Program-made: the position numbers and the translations under genes
Notes under the pieces: generated by a model
Databases searched by the model: none
Seen by the model: only the letters and a program-made list of their open reading frames with translations
Told to the model about the DNA's origin: nothing
Source of the DNA: Candidatus Zixiibacteriota bacterium
GTDB lineage: Bacteria; Zixibacteria; MSB-5A5; GN15; FEB-12
DNA: 60,472 bases
Direction: 5' to 3'
Assembly (NCBI GenBank): GCA_034659895.1
Contig: JAYEIF010000104.1
Coordinates: forward strand, 1-60,472
In this document: positions 49,124 through 59,522 of the stretch, piece after piece
Position numbering within the stretch: the first letter of the stretch is position 1
How the letters are laid out: each line of letters starts with the position of its first letter

Positions 49124-51211
49124 TTACCCTCCGCCCAGAGTCAGTTCTCTGGTCATTATAGATTGTTGCAAGTACGTATACAGATTTTGGTATGTGGTGT
49201 CAAGGTTCTTATTGGCTGAAAATAGGTATTCAAGCAACTCCCTTGCAGCTTCGAGTAAATCGTAATCGCTTGAAAGGCGTGCAGTACGAAGTTCCGGTAA
49301 CCCTGACTGTTTTAAGCCATACAGTTCTCCCGGTCCACGTAGTTCAAGATCAGCCTCGGCTATCTTGAATCCATCGGTTGTCTGAGTAAAATAGTCCAGA
49401 CGACGATGCGCCATATCTGAAATAGGCGGATAAGCCATAGCTACCAAAGTGGATTGCTTTTCTCCCCGTCCTATTCTGCCACGTAACTGGTGCAATTGAG
49501 CCAGCCCGAAACGCTCACCATGTTCGATCACCATAAGGGTTGCTTTGGGATTGTCGATACCAACTTCTACCACAGTAGTTGCCATCAGAACATCAAGTTT
49601 ACCGTCGTGGAACTGATTTAGGATTTTGTCACGATCTTTGGGTTTGATTCGTCCATGTACCATCCCGACTTTGAGGTTGGAAAACTGGTTGTTGGATAAC
49701 TCTTTATATGCTTCTTCGACGCTGGAGAGATTCAGTTGTTCGCTTTTGTCAATTAACGGATAGATGAAGTATGCTTGTCCGCCTTTGTTTATTTCTTCGC
49801 GGACAAATTGATAAACTTTCTCTGCCACATCGTGGGTACGCCAGACGGTTTGCACTGGTTTACGTCCTGGAGGCATGTCAGGAATAGTTGTAATATCAAG
49901 ATCACCATAAAGTGTTAAAGCCAGTGTTCGTGGAATTGGTGTGGCGGTCATCACTAACAAGTCGGGATTATCCCCTTTTGCGTGAAGCTTGTCGCGCTGT
50001 TTGACTCCAAAACGGTGTTGTTCATCTATAATGACCAGCCCAAGCCGTTTGAACGAAACATAATCATAGATGAGTGCGTGTGTACCGAACAGGATACCAA
50101 TCTCTCCTTGGTTACAATCATGAGCAATTTTATCCTTTTCTGTCTTTGACATACTGGATGTCAAAAGAGCGCACCTTACTCCGGCTTCTTCCAATGGTAG
50201 CTGCCAATTGTGAAAATGCTGTTCGGCAAGAATCTCAGTTGGCGCCATGAACGCTGTTTGTATTCGATTTTTTACCGCATGAAGTCCTGCAAGAATTGCT
50301 ACTACTGTTTTACCACATCCAACATCGCCTTGTAACATTCGCGCCATTGATCGTTCCTGTCCAAGATCATTAATTATTTCATCAATTGCGTTATTCTGAC
50401 CAATAGTAAGATTAAACGGCAGACTTTTCACAAATTTATTTATAGTATCACCGGATTCGGTGTAATGGTGTTTTTTTATCGTTATTTCCTTTTCCATACG
50501 CCTGTTGAGTACCATAGCCTGAAACTCTAATAGTTCGTCAAAGGCTAATCGTCGTCTACAAGACTCGATTTGATTCCGATTAGTAGGATAATGGATATGC
50601 TCCACTGCCTCATGCAATCCTAATAAGTGGAGTCGTTGTTTTTCTGCTTGTGGAAGAGGATCCGCTATTTGTTCCCTCAGATTTTCAAAGATAAAGGTAG
50701 TAATCCGCCGAATCCCCTTACTGTTGAGACCGATTTTGTTTAAATCCGAAGTCTGTGGATATACAGGAATAATACGTCCGGCATGAATCATTTGATCGCT
50801 TTCATCTTCAAGATGTTCTAAGTCGGGATGTATAATTTGAAATCCCTGAAAATAACCAACAGTTCCTGTGGCAGCATACCACTGGTTTTTTTTGAAAAGC
50901 CGTTGCCAGTAGTGAACGCCTCGAAACCATAGTAATGAGACTGCGCCAGTCCTGTCACCGAGAATAATTTCATATCTTCTGCGTTTGCCGTGTAGAACTC
51001 CATGTGCTTTAACCTGTCCCACAATAGTTACAGTTTGATCAACTTTTAGATCGGATATAGGTATAATCATAGTTCGATCAAGGTACTGTCTTGGGAAATA
51101 CCACAGGAGATCATTGACCGTATTAAGTTTATGGTCAGAGAGAGCTTTTGCCTTTCGCGGTCCAACCCCCTTGACATACTGTAATGGTGAATTTAATTTT
51201 AGCGTAGCCAC
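49124..51211 (-). CDS. recG: ATP-dependent DNA helicase RecG
   Basis: 695 aa, wedge/OB N-terminus, helicase motifs GDVGCGKT, DEQHRFG, TATPIPRT and QLRGRIGRG. Confidence 0.93.
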   Translation of the reverse strand: MATLKLNSPLQYVKGVGPRKAKALSDHKLNTVNDLLWYFPRQYLDRTMIIPISDLKVDQTVTIVGQVKAHGVLHGKRRRYEIILGDRTGAVSLLWFRGVHYWQRLFKKNQWYAATGTVGYFQGFQIIHPDLEHLEDESDQMIHAGRIIPVYPQTSDLNKIGLNSKGIRRITTFIFENLREQIADPLPQAEKQRLHLLGLHEAVEHIHYPTNRNQIESCRRRLAFDELLEFQAMVLNRRMEKEITIKKHHYTESGDTINKFVKSLPFNLTIGQNNAIDEIINDLGQERSMARMLQGDVGCGKTVVAILAGLHAVKNRIQTAFMAPTEILAEQHFHNWQLPLEEAGVRCALLTSSMSKTEKDKIAHDCNQGEIGILFGTHALIYDYVSFKRLGLVIIDEQHRFGVKQRDKLHAKGDNPDLLVMTATPIPRTLALTLYGDLDITTIPDMPPGRKPVQTVWRTHDVAEKVYQFVREEINKGGQAYFIYPLIDKSEQLNLSSVEEAYKELSNNQFSNLKVGMVHGRIKPKDRDKILNQFHDGKLDVLMATTVVEVGIDNPKATLMVIEHGERFGLAQLHQLRGRIGRGEKQSTLVAMAYPPISDMAHRRLDYFTQTTDGFKIAEADLELRGPGELYGLKQSGLPELRTARLSSDYDLLEAARELLEYLFSANKNLDTTYQNLYTYLQQSIMTRELTLGGG

Positions 51212-51431
51212 AATTGTAATGTGTATCCAAAATATGAGTCAGTCAATTACAATAGTTTTTCAAATAGTAATATACGGGAGTTTTTCCTGCAATGTGATTT
51301 CCTTCATAAATAATCATTTCTGTAAAAATGAGAAAAGAAAATTAGGTGGATTCAAACATTAATCATATTTCCCTGTAACATATATTAAAAACAGATATAA
51401 ATAAAGGAAGGAGAGCGTCCTTGTTAGGACT

Positions 51432-52154
51432 TCAAAGTCTTGGGCCAAAGAGGGATGTTCCAATGCGAATCATAGTCGCTCCCTCAGCTATGGCCAATGG
51501 AAAATCACCAGACATACCCATCGAGAGAGTGTCAAACTGGTCACCTACAATGTCGCGTCCTTGTTTGAAAAGATTGTGCCCTTTGCGGAAAGTAGCCCGA
51601 ATAGCTTCTTCATCGTTGGTAAAAAGACCAACTGTCATTAAGCCAGTCAGAGTCACATTTGGCAATGATTTAACTTCCTTTATCAAATCGATGTAATCCT
51701 CTGGAGCTATACCGAATTTCTTGCTCTCTCCAGAGCAGTTGACTTCAATAAGGCATTCAATATTCAAATTTGCTATCCCAGCCCTATGATCAATTTCCTG
51801 AGCAAGTTTCAAGGTGTCAACAGACTGTATCACATCGAAAAGTTGAACAGCCTTTTTTACCTTGTTGGTTTGTAAATGGCCGATCATATGAAATCTGGCA
51901 ATCTGTCCAAGTTCAGAAATTTTCTTGTCCGCTTCCTGCACCTGGCTTTCACCAATGTTATGAAACCCGGCTGCCACAGCCATGCTTATCATTAACGCAG
52001 GTTGTTTTTTGGTAACAGCTACAATTGTAATTTCGTCGGCATCACGATCATAGCGCTCGCAAGCTTCAGCAATCTGACCGTGTACTTGCGCGATATTATG
52101 AGCAATAGTGTCTTTCACATTAATACAAATATAGATCAGACACAGGAATGTCAA
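51432..52154 (-). CDS. YggS-family pyridoxal-phosphate homeostasis protein
   Basis: PLP-Lys context IVAVTKK, HMIGHLQTNK and MGMSGD motifs. The tracked start is TTG 52154; GTG 52118 would give the usual length of about 228 aa. Confidence 0.85.
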   Translation of the reverse strand: MTFLCLIYICINVKDTIAHNIAQVHGQIAEACERYDRDADEITIVAVTKKQPALMISMAVAAGFHNIGESQVQEADKKISELGQIARFHMIGHLQTNKVKKAVQLFDVIQSVDTLKLAQEIDHRAGIANLNIECLIEVNCSGESKKFGIAPEDYIDLIKEVKSLPNVTLTGLMTVGLFTNDEEAIRATFRKGHNLFKQGRDIVGDQFDTLSMGMSGDFPLAIAEGATMIRIGTSLFGPRL

Positions 52155-52286
52155 GACAAAGAAAAAAACAGTTATCTGTATCTTAGTATAGAAAAGTGAG
52201 CTACTATTCTCTGATTATAACATTTTCTAATACGAATCAAATCAGATTAATTCATATTTACGCAACCGAAGCTCAGGAATAATATC

Positions 52287-53543
52287 TTAGGCATCAATGG
52301 GTTGGTTCATATCATTAATGCGGCTTGGATCTATAATGTTTCCCGGTTGCATAGCCGTATCCTCAATAGGAATTTCTGGAGTGAATGGCGAGCTCGGTGC
52401 GAATTGTGATTGCATTTTACCCAGAGCAGTATCAACACGATCAAAGAATCCTTCAATAGAATCAGTTAGATGCTCTCGTGTAATGTCAACCATTTGGCCT
52501 GAAAAACCGAGTTCTTCGGCTGCTTGTTCAAAGGAAGAAATTGTTTTATCGAGAAGTTTATCCTCCGCATTGTTAAGGTAAGTATCAACGGCATCAAAGA
52601 ATGTAGACATCATGTTATTGGTACCGCCCTGAGCAACATTACCAGCGGAGTTGACATATTTTTCCAGCGATTCTGGCATCTGTTGTGCCATATTCTGTGT
52701 TTGCACGTTGAATCGCTGAAGATGGGAAAAGCTGAAATGGTTATCAAACTTGAAACGCATGGCGAATTTATTTACTGAACGTCGGTAACCACCATGTGAT
52801 AATACCTTGTAAGACTGTCTCTGACTTGCCGCATTGTTAAAAAATGACTGCAAAGCGAAATCACGACTGTTAGTCTGGAAAAGACCAGCCTTCTGAGCAA
52901 TATCTGAATTTAATCCTTGAGCTTGAAGATTAGCGGCAGTTAAATTCTCACTTTCTGGAATATTGGACTGTGTTATCTGAAAGCCCTTTAGGGCAAAATC
53001 TGCAGACAGTCCAAATCCTGCGGAAACCAGTTGTTCAACATCGGTTGTATTTCCGCCAGCAAGATGGCGTACCGTATGACTAATTGCTGCCAAATCGAAA
53101 CGTAAATCAAGTTTATAGTCAAGATGAGAAATGCGTGTCAGAGAGTAAGTTCCATCCGGATTGACATTTGGTGATTCGCTTGTATCTTCTGAGGGAGTAT
53201 TTCCACTTGGTTGATATGTATCAGTAGGTTCTATCTTAACTGACGATGCAGCTCCATCAGTTTTAGGAGTATCAACAGGTATGCCAGAGTTGGTTTGCTC
53301 AGGATTTATTTGTTGTTGCTGTGTTGGCTGCTCCGATTTGCTTTTTGGTGATGGTTCGAATGATGGTTCCCATCTATCAATTGGGGCTGTCTGAGTTTTA
53401 GGAGCAAGACGATTAATGTTCTGTGATGGAGTCGACCTGTAAAAATGTTCAGGAGTACGATTCTTTGTAATATCGTCCGTCATACGGAGATAATGATTGC
53501 GAAAGCTATTTCCAAGATTGGCAAAAAAACCTAACATATTCAT
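52287..53543 (-). CDS. Hypothetical protein (Pro/Thr/Ser/Gln-rich N-terminal region, helical C-terminal region)
   Basis: 418-aa ORF with a GAGGA RBS. No motif I can assign. No signal peptide or TM segment is evident. Confidence 0.5.
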   Translation of the reverse strand: MNMLGFFANLGNSFRNHYLRMTDDITKNRTPEHFYRSTPSQNINRLAPKTQTAPIDRWEPSFEPSPKSKSEQPTQQQQINPEQTNSGIPVDTPKTDGAASSVKIEPTDTYQPSGNTPSEDTSESPNVNPDGTYSLTRISHLDYKLDLRFDLAAISHTVRHLAGGNTTDVEQLVSAGFGLSADFALKGFQITQSNIPESENLTAANLQAQGLNSDIAQKAGLFQTNSRDFALQSFFNNAASQRQSYKVLSHGGYRRSVNKFAMRFKFDNHFSFSHLQRFNVQTQNMAQQMPESLEKYVNSAGNVAQGGTNNMMSTFFDAVDTYLNNAEDKLLDKTISSFEQAAEELGFSGQMVDITREHLTDSIEGFFDRVDTALGKMQSQFAPSSPFTPEIPIEDTAMQPGNIIDPSRINDMNQPIDA

Positions 53544-53860
53544 TGTAATATCCTCTGTTTACAAATGATAATTTACTATTAAGGTTATCGGCTATCCAAC
53601 CGCTTGAGTTAAGCCATCTTAGATAAAATAACCCTGAAGGGAATTGACTCTCAATAGCATTCTCTTATATTTTCGGACTAGTTTTTTTACTTGTTCAGGA
53701 ATATATGATGTCGTATGAAACAACATATGGAATCGTATTCCGTATGTAATGATTATGAAATATCACAGGATTAAAGATACCCAAAGTCAATTGTGTCCCT
53801 TGTGTGTATGGGATATTATCTATACTTGGTAGGTATTAATTTGAAGGTCGGAGCATATTT

Positions 53861-55156
53861 GTGAATTCACGTCGGTTAATAAACTCTTATGTTTTTACTA
53901 TTGCTTTGGTATTTTGTGGCTTTTTTCTGGCAGGTATAGTTAGCGGCTCGGTATTTGAGTCCGGTGATCATATAAATATCTCTAACCTCCACCACATAGA
54001 TGAAGATATTTATGCCTTTGGTGATAAGATTACTGTAGATGGGTTAATTGGCGGTGATTTATTAGGATTTGCAAGCAGTGTTATTATTAACGGAGAGATA
54101 TCTGGTTCAGCTAATGTTTTTGCTCAGGAATTGCATCATACTGGTCGTATAGATGGAACTCTGCGAGCTTTCGGATATGAAATTGAAATTAATGGTAACA
54201 TTGGCCGTTCTCTCATTGCTGGCGGTCGTTTTATTGAAGTCAGTCCCGGAGCGGTGATTACCAGGGACGCTAATATCTGGGGACAGTCAATTGAAATGTC
54301 TGGAACTGTTAGAGGTGATGTCTCAAATATCAAAGGCGATACCGTAATAATTGACGGTACTTTTGAAGGTAACCTAATAGTGGAAGCGGAACATATCCAG
54401 ATCAATCCCTCAGCAGTAATTTCCGGCAATTTGACTTACAAAGCATTAGATTCAACTGACATTGAGATTTCCGAGGGAGCCACTATTGGAGGAAAAACAG
54501 CTTGGGTCTCTGGTAGTGAGACTAAGGACGGGGAAGAGGGAAAAGATGATGATGGTTCTACAACAGCTTGGGTTCTGGCCATCTCCAAATTACTGGCGGC
54601 GTTCCTTTTTGGAATTATTGTTATAGCTGTTTTCCGTCGCTATGCAGTGGAATCATTCTGTCAGCTCAGAGATCGGTTTTCCATGTCATTAGCTACCGGA
54701 TTTTTAGCCCTGCTTGTTTTTGCCTTTAGTCTTGTAATTCTGATTATTTCGTTACTTCTGATGATTGTGGGACTCATTCTGTCATCCGGAGATGGTGCTG
54801 CTATTGGAGCAACAGCGTTAGTGTTTTCAATCCTGATGTTGCCCATCACCAGCTTTACAGCTATTTCTGGGGGAATAATTTTCTATGCGGGTAAAATAGT
54901 TGTGGCATTCCTTGTTGGTTATTTGATATTAAGAGCTTTTAGAACATCCCCGAAAGAGCTTGGGAGGTGGCAGCTTCTGGTAGGATTGGTTATATTAATG
55001 GCTATGTTTGAAGTGCCAATAGTCGGTTTTCTTATTTATCTTTTGGTAGCTATTGCAGGTGCGGGAGCAATTGTTTTGGGAGTCCGCAAATGCCACCAAG
55101 GACACAAAGAACCCCCAGCAACAAATCAACAAACAAACAAATCAACTTTGCCTTGA
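53861..55156 (+). CDS. Membrane protein with bactofilin-like beta-helix repeats and a C-terminal polytopic domain
   Basis: 431 aa, GTG start. N-terminal TM segment, then about 170 aa of repeated G-x-I/V-x-G-D/N-L/V units (DGLIGGDLLGFAS.. INGEISGSANVFA.. IDGTLRAFGY.. INGNIGRSLIAGG..), an acidic linker, then 5-6 TM helices. Confidence 0.6.
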   Translation: MNSRRLINSYVFTIALVFCGFFLAGIVSGSVFESGDHINISNLHHIDEDIYAFGDKITVDGLIGGDLLGFASSVIINGEISGSANVFAQELHHTGRIDGTLRAFGYEIEINGNIGRSLIAGGRFIEVSPGAVITRDANIWGQSIEMSGTVRGDVSNIKGDTVIIDGTFEGNLIVEAEHIQINPSAVISGNLTYKALDSTDIEISEGATIGGKTAWVSGSETKDGEEGKDDDGSTTAWVLAISKLLAAFLFGIIVIAVFRRYAVESFCQLRDRFSMSLATGFLALLVFAFSLVILIISLLLMIVGLILSSGDGAAIGATALVFSILMLPITSFTAISGGIIFYAGKIVVAFLVGYLILRAFRTSPKELGRWQLLVGLVILMAMFEVPIVGFLIYLLVAIAGAGAIVLGVRKCHQGHKEPPATNQQTNKSTLP

Positions 55157-55203
55157 TTCTTTCAGAAAACAACGACTAAACTTATACCTTCACGTAGTTT
55201 TAG

Positions 55204-56916
55204 TCAAAATCCTCCAGAGCAACCTCTATTGCGTGGATCTGATGCGGGTGTAATCAGTCCACTCGGTTCAAAGTACACAGCCTGAAGATCACTGTAGTGA
55301 CTGCGCTCTTTGACGTTATGGCCGTAACGGGTTAGTGTCTTGATAATTTTAGCACTGAAATAGTTCTCTTCAAGATAGAGCACATCCGGCAACCACTGGT
55401 GATGGAATCGTGGAGTATTGACAACTTCCTGTAGATTTAGACCAAAGCGAGTGAGGTTAACTATGGCTTGTGCCACCACCGTTATAATTTTTGAGCCTCC
55501 CGGGGCACCTAATGCCAGTAGAGGATGATTATTGTGCAAAACCAGTGTGGGAGACATAGAAGACAGCATACGTTTACCATGTTCGATTTTGTTGGCTTCT
55601 CCGCCTATGAGACCATACAGGTTTGGAACACCAGGTTTAACCGAAAAGTCGTCCATCTCATTGTTAAGTAGAAATCCTGCTCCATCTACAACCAGTTTAC
55701 AGCCATAAGATGAGTTCAGCGTATACGTAATGGATACCATATTCCCTTGTGCATCACAGACAGAGAAATGGGTTGTCTGATCTGACTCCTTCTGTGGCGG
55801 GGTTCCCGGTCCGATTAATTCTGAAGTGGAAGCATGATCTTCTTTGACAGTGCTGCGCCTACTTCCAAGATAAGTGCTGTCGAGTAATCCAGAAGGGATA
55901 TCATAGAATTCAGGGTCACCAAGATATTCCGAACGATCAGCAAAAGCCAAACGCGACATTTCACAAAACAGATGTATGAATTCAGGAGACTTTGCTGTAT
56001 ATGGTGCCAGATCGTATGGCTCAAGTAGTTTGAGAATCTGTCCAATGGCAATCCCTCCGGAACTTGGTGGTGGCATGGAATAGATATCCAGAGAGTCGAA
56101 CGTGAAATGAATCGGTTCACGCCAGATAGTATGATAGGTTTCAAGATCACTTTTAGTGATTATGCCCCCGTGTTGGTGAACACAGACGACGAGAGTATCG
56201 GCTACCTCCCCGCGATAAAAACCGTCTTTCCCTTTCGATGCAATAAGATGTAATGTTCTTGCCAAGTCCTTTTGAATGAACCTGTCTCCAGTTTTATAGT
56301 CATTACCTGAGCGGAAGAAAATAGCTGCTGTTTCATCAAACTGGGTGAGCTGACCGCGGTGTTCAGAGAAAGAGTTAGCCAGATACTCATCAATAACAAA
56401 GCCAGTGTCGGCAAGCGTTGCAGCGATATTGACTAAATTTCCCCAAGGTAATGAACCATGCTGTTCCCATAGTTCATACAGACCAGCAACAGTTCCGGGC
56501 ACACCACAGGCAAGAGCGCCAAAGGTGGACAGGCCATCTACTACGTTACCATCCGAATCGAGATACATATCTTCAGTAGCGGCTGAAGGTGCGGTTTCCC
56601 GGAAATCCAGTGATTTGATTTGTCCTGTTTCCCCGTCGCGAATCAACGCAAAACCACCACCACCTATATTACCAGCTTCAGGGTGAACAACAGCAAGGAC
56701 AAATCCAACCGCTACAGCAACATCGAAAGCATTACCACCTTCATGAAAAACTTGAACACCGATATCTGTAGCAATTGGGGCCGAAGTTGCAAGTGCTCCG
56801 CGGTCATAGGAATGTGATATTTGCAATCCGCGGCAGTCTGTTAAGCTGAAAACTAAAAGAAAAACCAGCATTCCCAATAAATGGGAATGCCAGTTCTTTT
56901 TGAAAGTTTGCATCAT
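55204..56916 (-). CDS. ggt: Gamma-glutamyltranspeptidase
   Basis: 570 aa, signal peptide, autoprocessing site context (..QTTHFSVCD) and GGT-family blocks (GAPGGSKII). Confidence 0.92.
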   Translation of the reverse strand: MMQTFKKNWHSHLLGMLVFLLVFSLTDCRGLQISHSYDRGALATSAPIATDIGVQVFHEGGNAFDVAVAVGFVLAVVHPEAGNIGGGGFALIRDGETGQIKSLDFRETAPSAATEDMYLDSDGNVVDGLSTFGALACGVPGTVAGLYELWEQHGSLPWGNLVNIAATLADTGFVIDEYLANSFSEHRGQLTQFDETAAIFFRSGNDYKTGDRFIQKDLARTLHLIASKGKDGFYRGEVADTLVVCVHQHGGIITKSDLETYHTIWREPIHFTFDSLDIYSMPPPSSGGIAIGQILKLLEPYDLAPYTAKSPEFIHLFCEMSRLAFADRSEYLGDPEFYDIPSGLLDSTYLGSRRSTVKEDHASTSELIGPGTPPQKESDQTTHFSVCDAQGNMVSITYTLNSSYGCKLVVDGAGFLLNNEMDDFSVKPGVPNLYGLIGGEANKIEHGKRMLSSMSPTLVLHNNHPLLALGAPGGSKIITVVAQAIVNLTRFGLNLQEVVNTPRFHHQWLPDVLYLEENYFSAKIIKTLTRYGHNVKERSHYSDLQAVYFEPSGLITPASDPRNRGCSGGF

Positions 56917-56929
56917 ATTAAAAGACAGA

Positions 56930-59113
56930 TTAGTATTTCTGTACTAAATATATCATACCTTCGGGAACCTGTACATTCAAAGCCAGACCATTTGCCAATT
57001 CTTTTGATGTTGTTCTTATGATGGTTGGTTGTTCCTCATCGGAGAATATGTCAATTAGTTTAATACGTGGCGCATTTATTCCGAGAGCTTTGAGATCAGC
57101 TTGGATTATTATCTCTTTCTTTGGGGCTTCAAATACGTCAGATAGTTCACCTGGAGGTGGAACAACAATTGAAAGAAGGCCCTTCTTTTTTCCCATTTGG
57201 AATGAGATGTCAACTGATGGATCGTTACAATATAATTTCGGTTTGAGATTTTCAGTATCAAGGATTGATTCTATGAATGCCAGTTTCTTGTGATTGCCTT
57301 CGGAAGAGATATCAAACGAGAAGAAGTACAAATTGCCATTGAATCGAGAGCAACACACACCGACAGTTTTGGTGCCAGACATCACCATCTTCCTTGTTTT
57401 GGTCTGATCGGTTGAGCGAATGGTACCATAGATATGGGTTGGGAAAACCCCTGTTTTATGCTCAATAGAGCCAATATGACAGTCTATTGTTGTCTTGATA
57501 CGGAAGTGATTGGCGAGTATTCGGCAATCTTTGAAGTTCTCATCATACTTTGGTACCAAGCCACATAAAATCACGCTCTGGCCGGATTTTACCAATTCTA
57601 CAATTGCTTCCTGATCCCTCTTGGACATAATTTCAGTAGAGGGGATAAAGAGAAGCTTATACTTGTCTATTGTTTCCCATTCTCGATTTTCGCGAACACC
57701 AAAGTTTATCTTGAGACGCATTAGATCACGGCAGAAACCGGTTGTGGATTCATCGAGCAGACGATGTACATATGCAAATGTTTTCTTTCCATCAACCAGA
57801 TTCAGCCAAGAATAGAGCCGGTTGCCTACCACTGCTATCTCTGGCTCATTCTCCATCTCTTCTATTCCAATATTTGAGATAATTGTGTTAAATTGCTTTG
57901 CAATATTATAACCGGGTGATACAGTACCGTCGTGATGTAGCGGAGCCCCATACCAATGATCTCGATCAACGAACATGTAATGGTTGAGTCCCTTAAATCC
58001 TGACGCAATAGCAGCGGCGAAATAGAAACGCCGGCTGTTATTATCGATAGAAGCAATTTTTCCCTCGCTTTCAGGATTAGATGCTACTGCTCCGGATGGA
58101 AAAGATGATGCAAATGCAAAACCATATTCAGCTTTTAGAAACCGTCCCTTAATTGCCAAATCAAAGTAAGTTCCATCAGGAAACGTACTTGCACTGAGAA
58201 AAGGAGACATTTCCTCTGGTATCAGATTAAAAGCCGGTAAGAGGTCTCCCGGTCTGAAATAGAGTGATCGGAATATCAACGGTTCAACGGTATATGAGGT
58301 AAATATATCCTCAAGTGATTTGAGATACGTGCGCAATATATATTCTCTAAATCGGAACCAATCAAGTACTTTTGGGTAGCGTTTAAGCTCTAAGTCGGTG
58401 AACTTTCTTGGAGGTTCAACGGTTTCAAACCGAGCGTTCTTTTCTTTATATTGAGAATTTAGTTTTTTGATATCTCCATAAAGCTCTTCAAGGAATGACA
58501 CATAGTATTCTGCCAGCACGTCTGGATTGTAATCAGCGCTTCCGGGATCAAGTAATCTTCCGAAAGATGTTTCATAGTCAAGTTCCACCATAAATACCGG
58601 ACCGCGTGGATGGACATAATTCTTTGATATCTCAATAAAAGCCTTGAAAAAACTTCTCAAATGAAACTGGAAGTTATTGTGGAGGTAACTCGGAAGGTAA
58701 CCAGTTTCGGAACTGTAATCAGATTTCAGTTGAGTTTCCTGTCCTGAGGAATTGCGTGCGAAGACCTTTAAATCGTTGAATGGGAAATTTGGTAAGCCAC
58801 CATTTTTAACCTGACCAGCTACCCAAGGTCCCGGTCTAAGAATTACTTTGAACCCAAATTCACGAGCTAATTCTAAAAAGACGATAAGGTCCTTTTTGGG
58901 ATCGGTAAGACCAGCAAAATCGAAGTGTTTTGATTCATCCTGATGAACATTCCACGGTACCGCCGTAGAGATAATTCTAAAACCCGCCCGTTTGATACGC
59001 TCAAAGCATATCGACCAATATTTCTTCTCGATTCTAAAATAATGGAATTCTGCCGAGAAAGGTGGGTAGGTTTCTTTTCCTATAGAGAACTGGTTGCCAA
59101 TTACACCTAACAT
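56930..59113 (-). CDS. GH35-like (clan GH-A beta-galactosidase family) protein with atypical active-site motifs
   Basis: 727 aa. The N-terminal TIM-barrel region parallels GH35 (FHYFRI..YW.., AVPWNVHQ, VILRPGPWVAGQVKNGGLPNF, NHYMF), but the canonical ENEYG block reads VELDYETSFG. Confidence 0.65.
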   Translation of the reverse strand: MLGVIGNQFSIGKETYPPFSAEFHYFRIEKKYWSICFERIKRAGFRIISTAVPWNVHQDESKHFDFAGLTDPKKDLIVFLELAREFGFKVILRPGPWVAGQVKNGGLPNFPFNDLKVFARNSSGQETQLKSDYSSETGYLPSYLHNNFQFHLRSFFKAFIEISKNYVHPRGPVFMVELDYETSFGRLLDPGSADYNPDVLAEYYVSFLEELYGDIKKLNSQYKEKNARFETVEPPRKFTDLELKRYPKVLDWFRFREYILRTYLKSLEDIFTSYTVEPLIFRSLYFRPGDLLPAFNLIPEEMSPFLSASTFPDGTYFDLAIKGRFLKAEYGFAFASSFPSGAVASNPESEGKIASIDNNSRRFYFAAAIASGFKGLNHYMFVDRDHWYGAPLHHDGTVSPGYNIAKQFNTIISNIGIEEMENEPEIAVVGNRLYSWLNLVDGKKTFAYVHRLLDESTTGFCRDLMRLKINFGVRENREWETIDKYKLLFIPSTEIMSKRDQEAIVELVKSGQSVILCGLVPKYDENFKDCRILANHFRIKTTIDCHIGSIEHKTGVFPTHIYGTIRSTDQTKTRKMVMSGTKTVGVCCSRFNGNLYFFSFDISSEGNHKKLAFIESILDTENLKPKLYCNDPSVDISFQMGKKKGLLSIVVPPPGELSDVFEAPKKEIIIQADLKALGINAPRIKLIDIFSDEEQPTIIRTTSKELANGLALNVQVPEGMIYLVQKY

Positions 59114-59452
59114 ATAAACCCTTATATATCAATAACTTACACTTAAGTTTTAATTTCATGTCAGCAAACTTTTAAGATACAAAAAACGATGTGTAAAGTC
59201 AACACTAATGATTGTTTTTTATTTATTTGAAGTGGTAATGTTCTGAATGTACAGAGAGGAAATGCACTATTGTGTCAATAATGTAGTCAGGAATAGGGGA
59301 TATATTACATAAAAAATGTAAATGGTATTCGTGAAAATATGCGAAAGCGCATAGTTATTGTCAGATGGGAATAAGGTATTGATATTTATATACTTGCCTG
59401 GCTTAGTCCTTAGTGATTTCCGTATGATTGTACGAATTCATTTTATCCCCAC

Positions 59453-59522
59453 ACATCCCTCTAAATCATTTACGCATTGCTATCGTATTGTTATACAATG
59501 CGTTATACTGCATAAGGGATGT
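59453..59522 (+). ncRNA. Candidate structured RNA element (nested hairpins), class unknown
   Basis: The outer 8-bp stem ACATCCCT/AGGGATGT (59453-60 / 59515-22) encloses the inner 8-bp stem ACGCATTG/CAATGCGT (59472-79 / 59496-503). It lies in a 625-nt gene-free gap. Confidence 0.25.

Noticed and set aside
53705-53749. 14-codon mini-ORF (MMSYETTYGIVFRM) in the divergent intergenic region
   Set aside because: It is too short, has no RBS, and sits in a likely promoter region. There is no supporting evidence.
59440-59475. preQ1-I riboswitch-like string (ACAC..CCCTCTAAA)
   Set aside because: No upstream AGAGG partner for the P1 stem is present, no downstream gene on that strand could be regulated, and the A-rich tail does not match. 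The resemblance is superficial.
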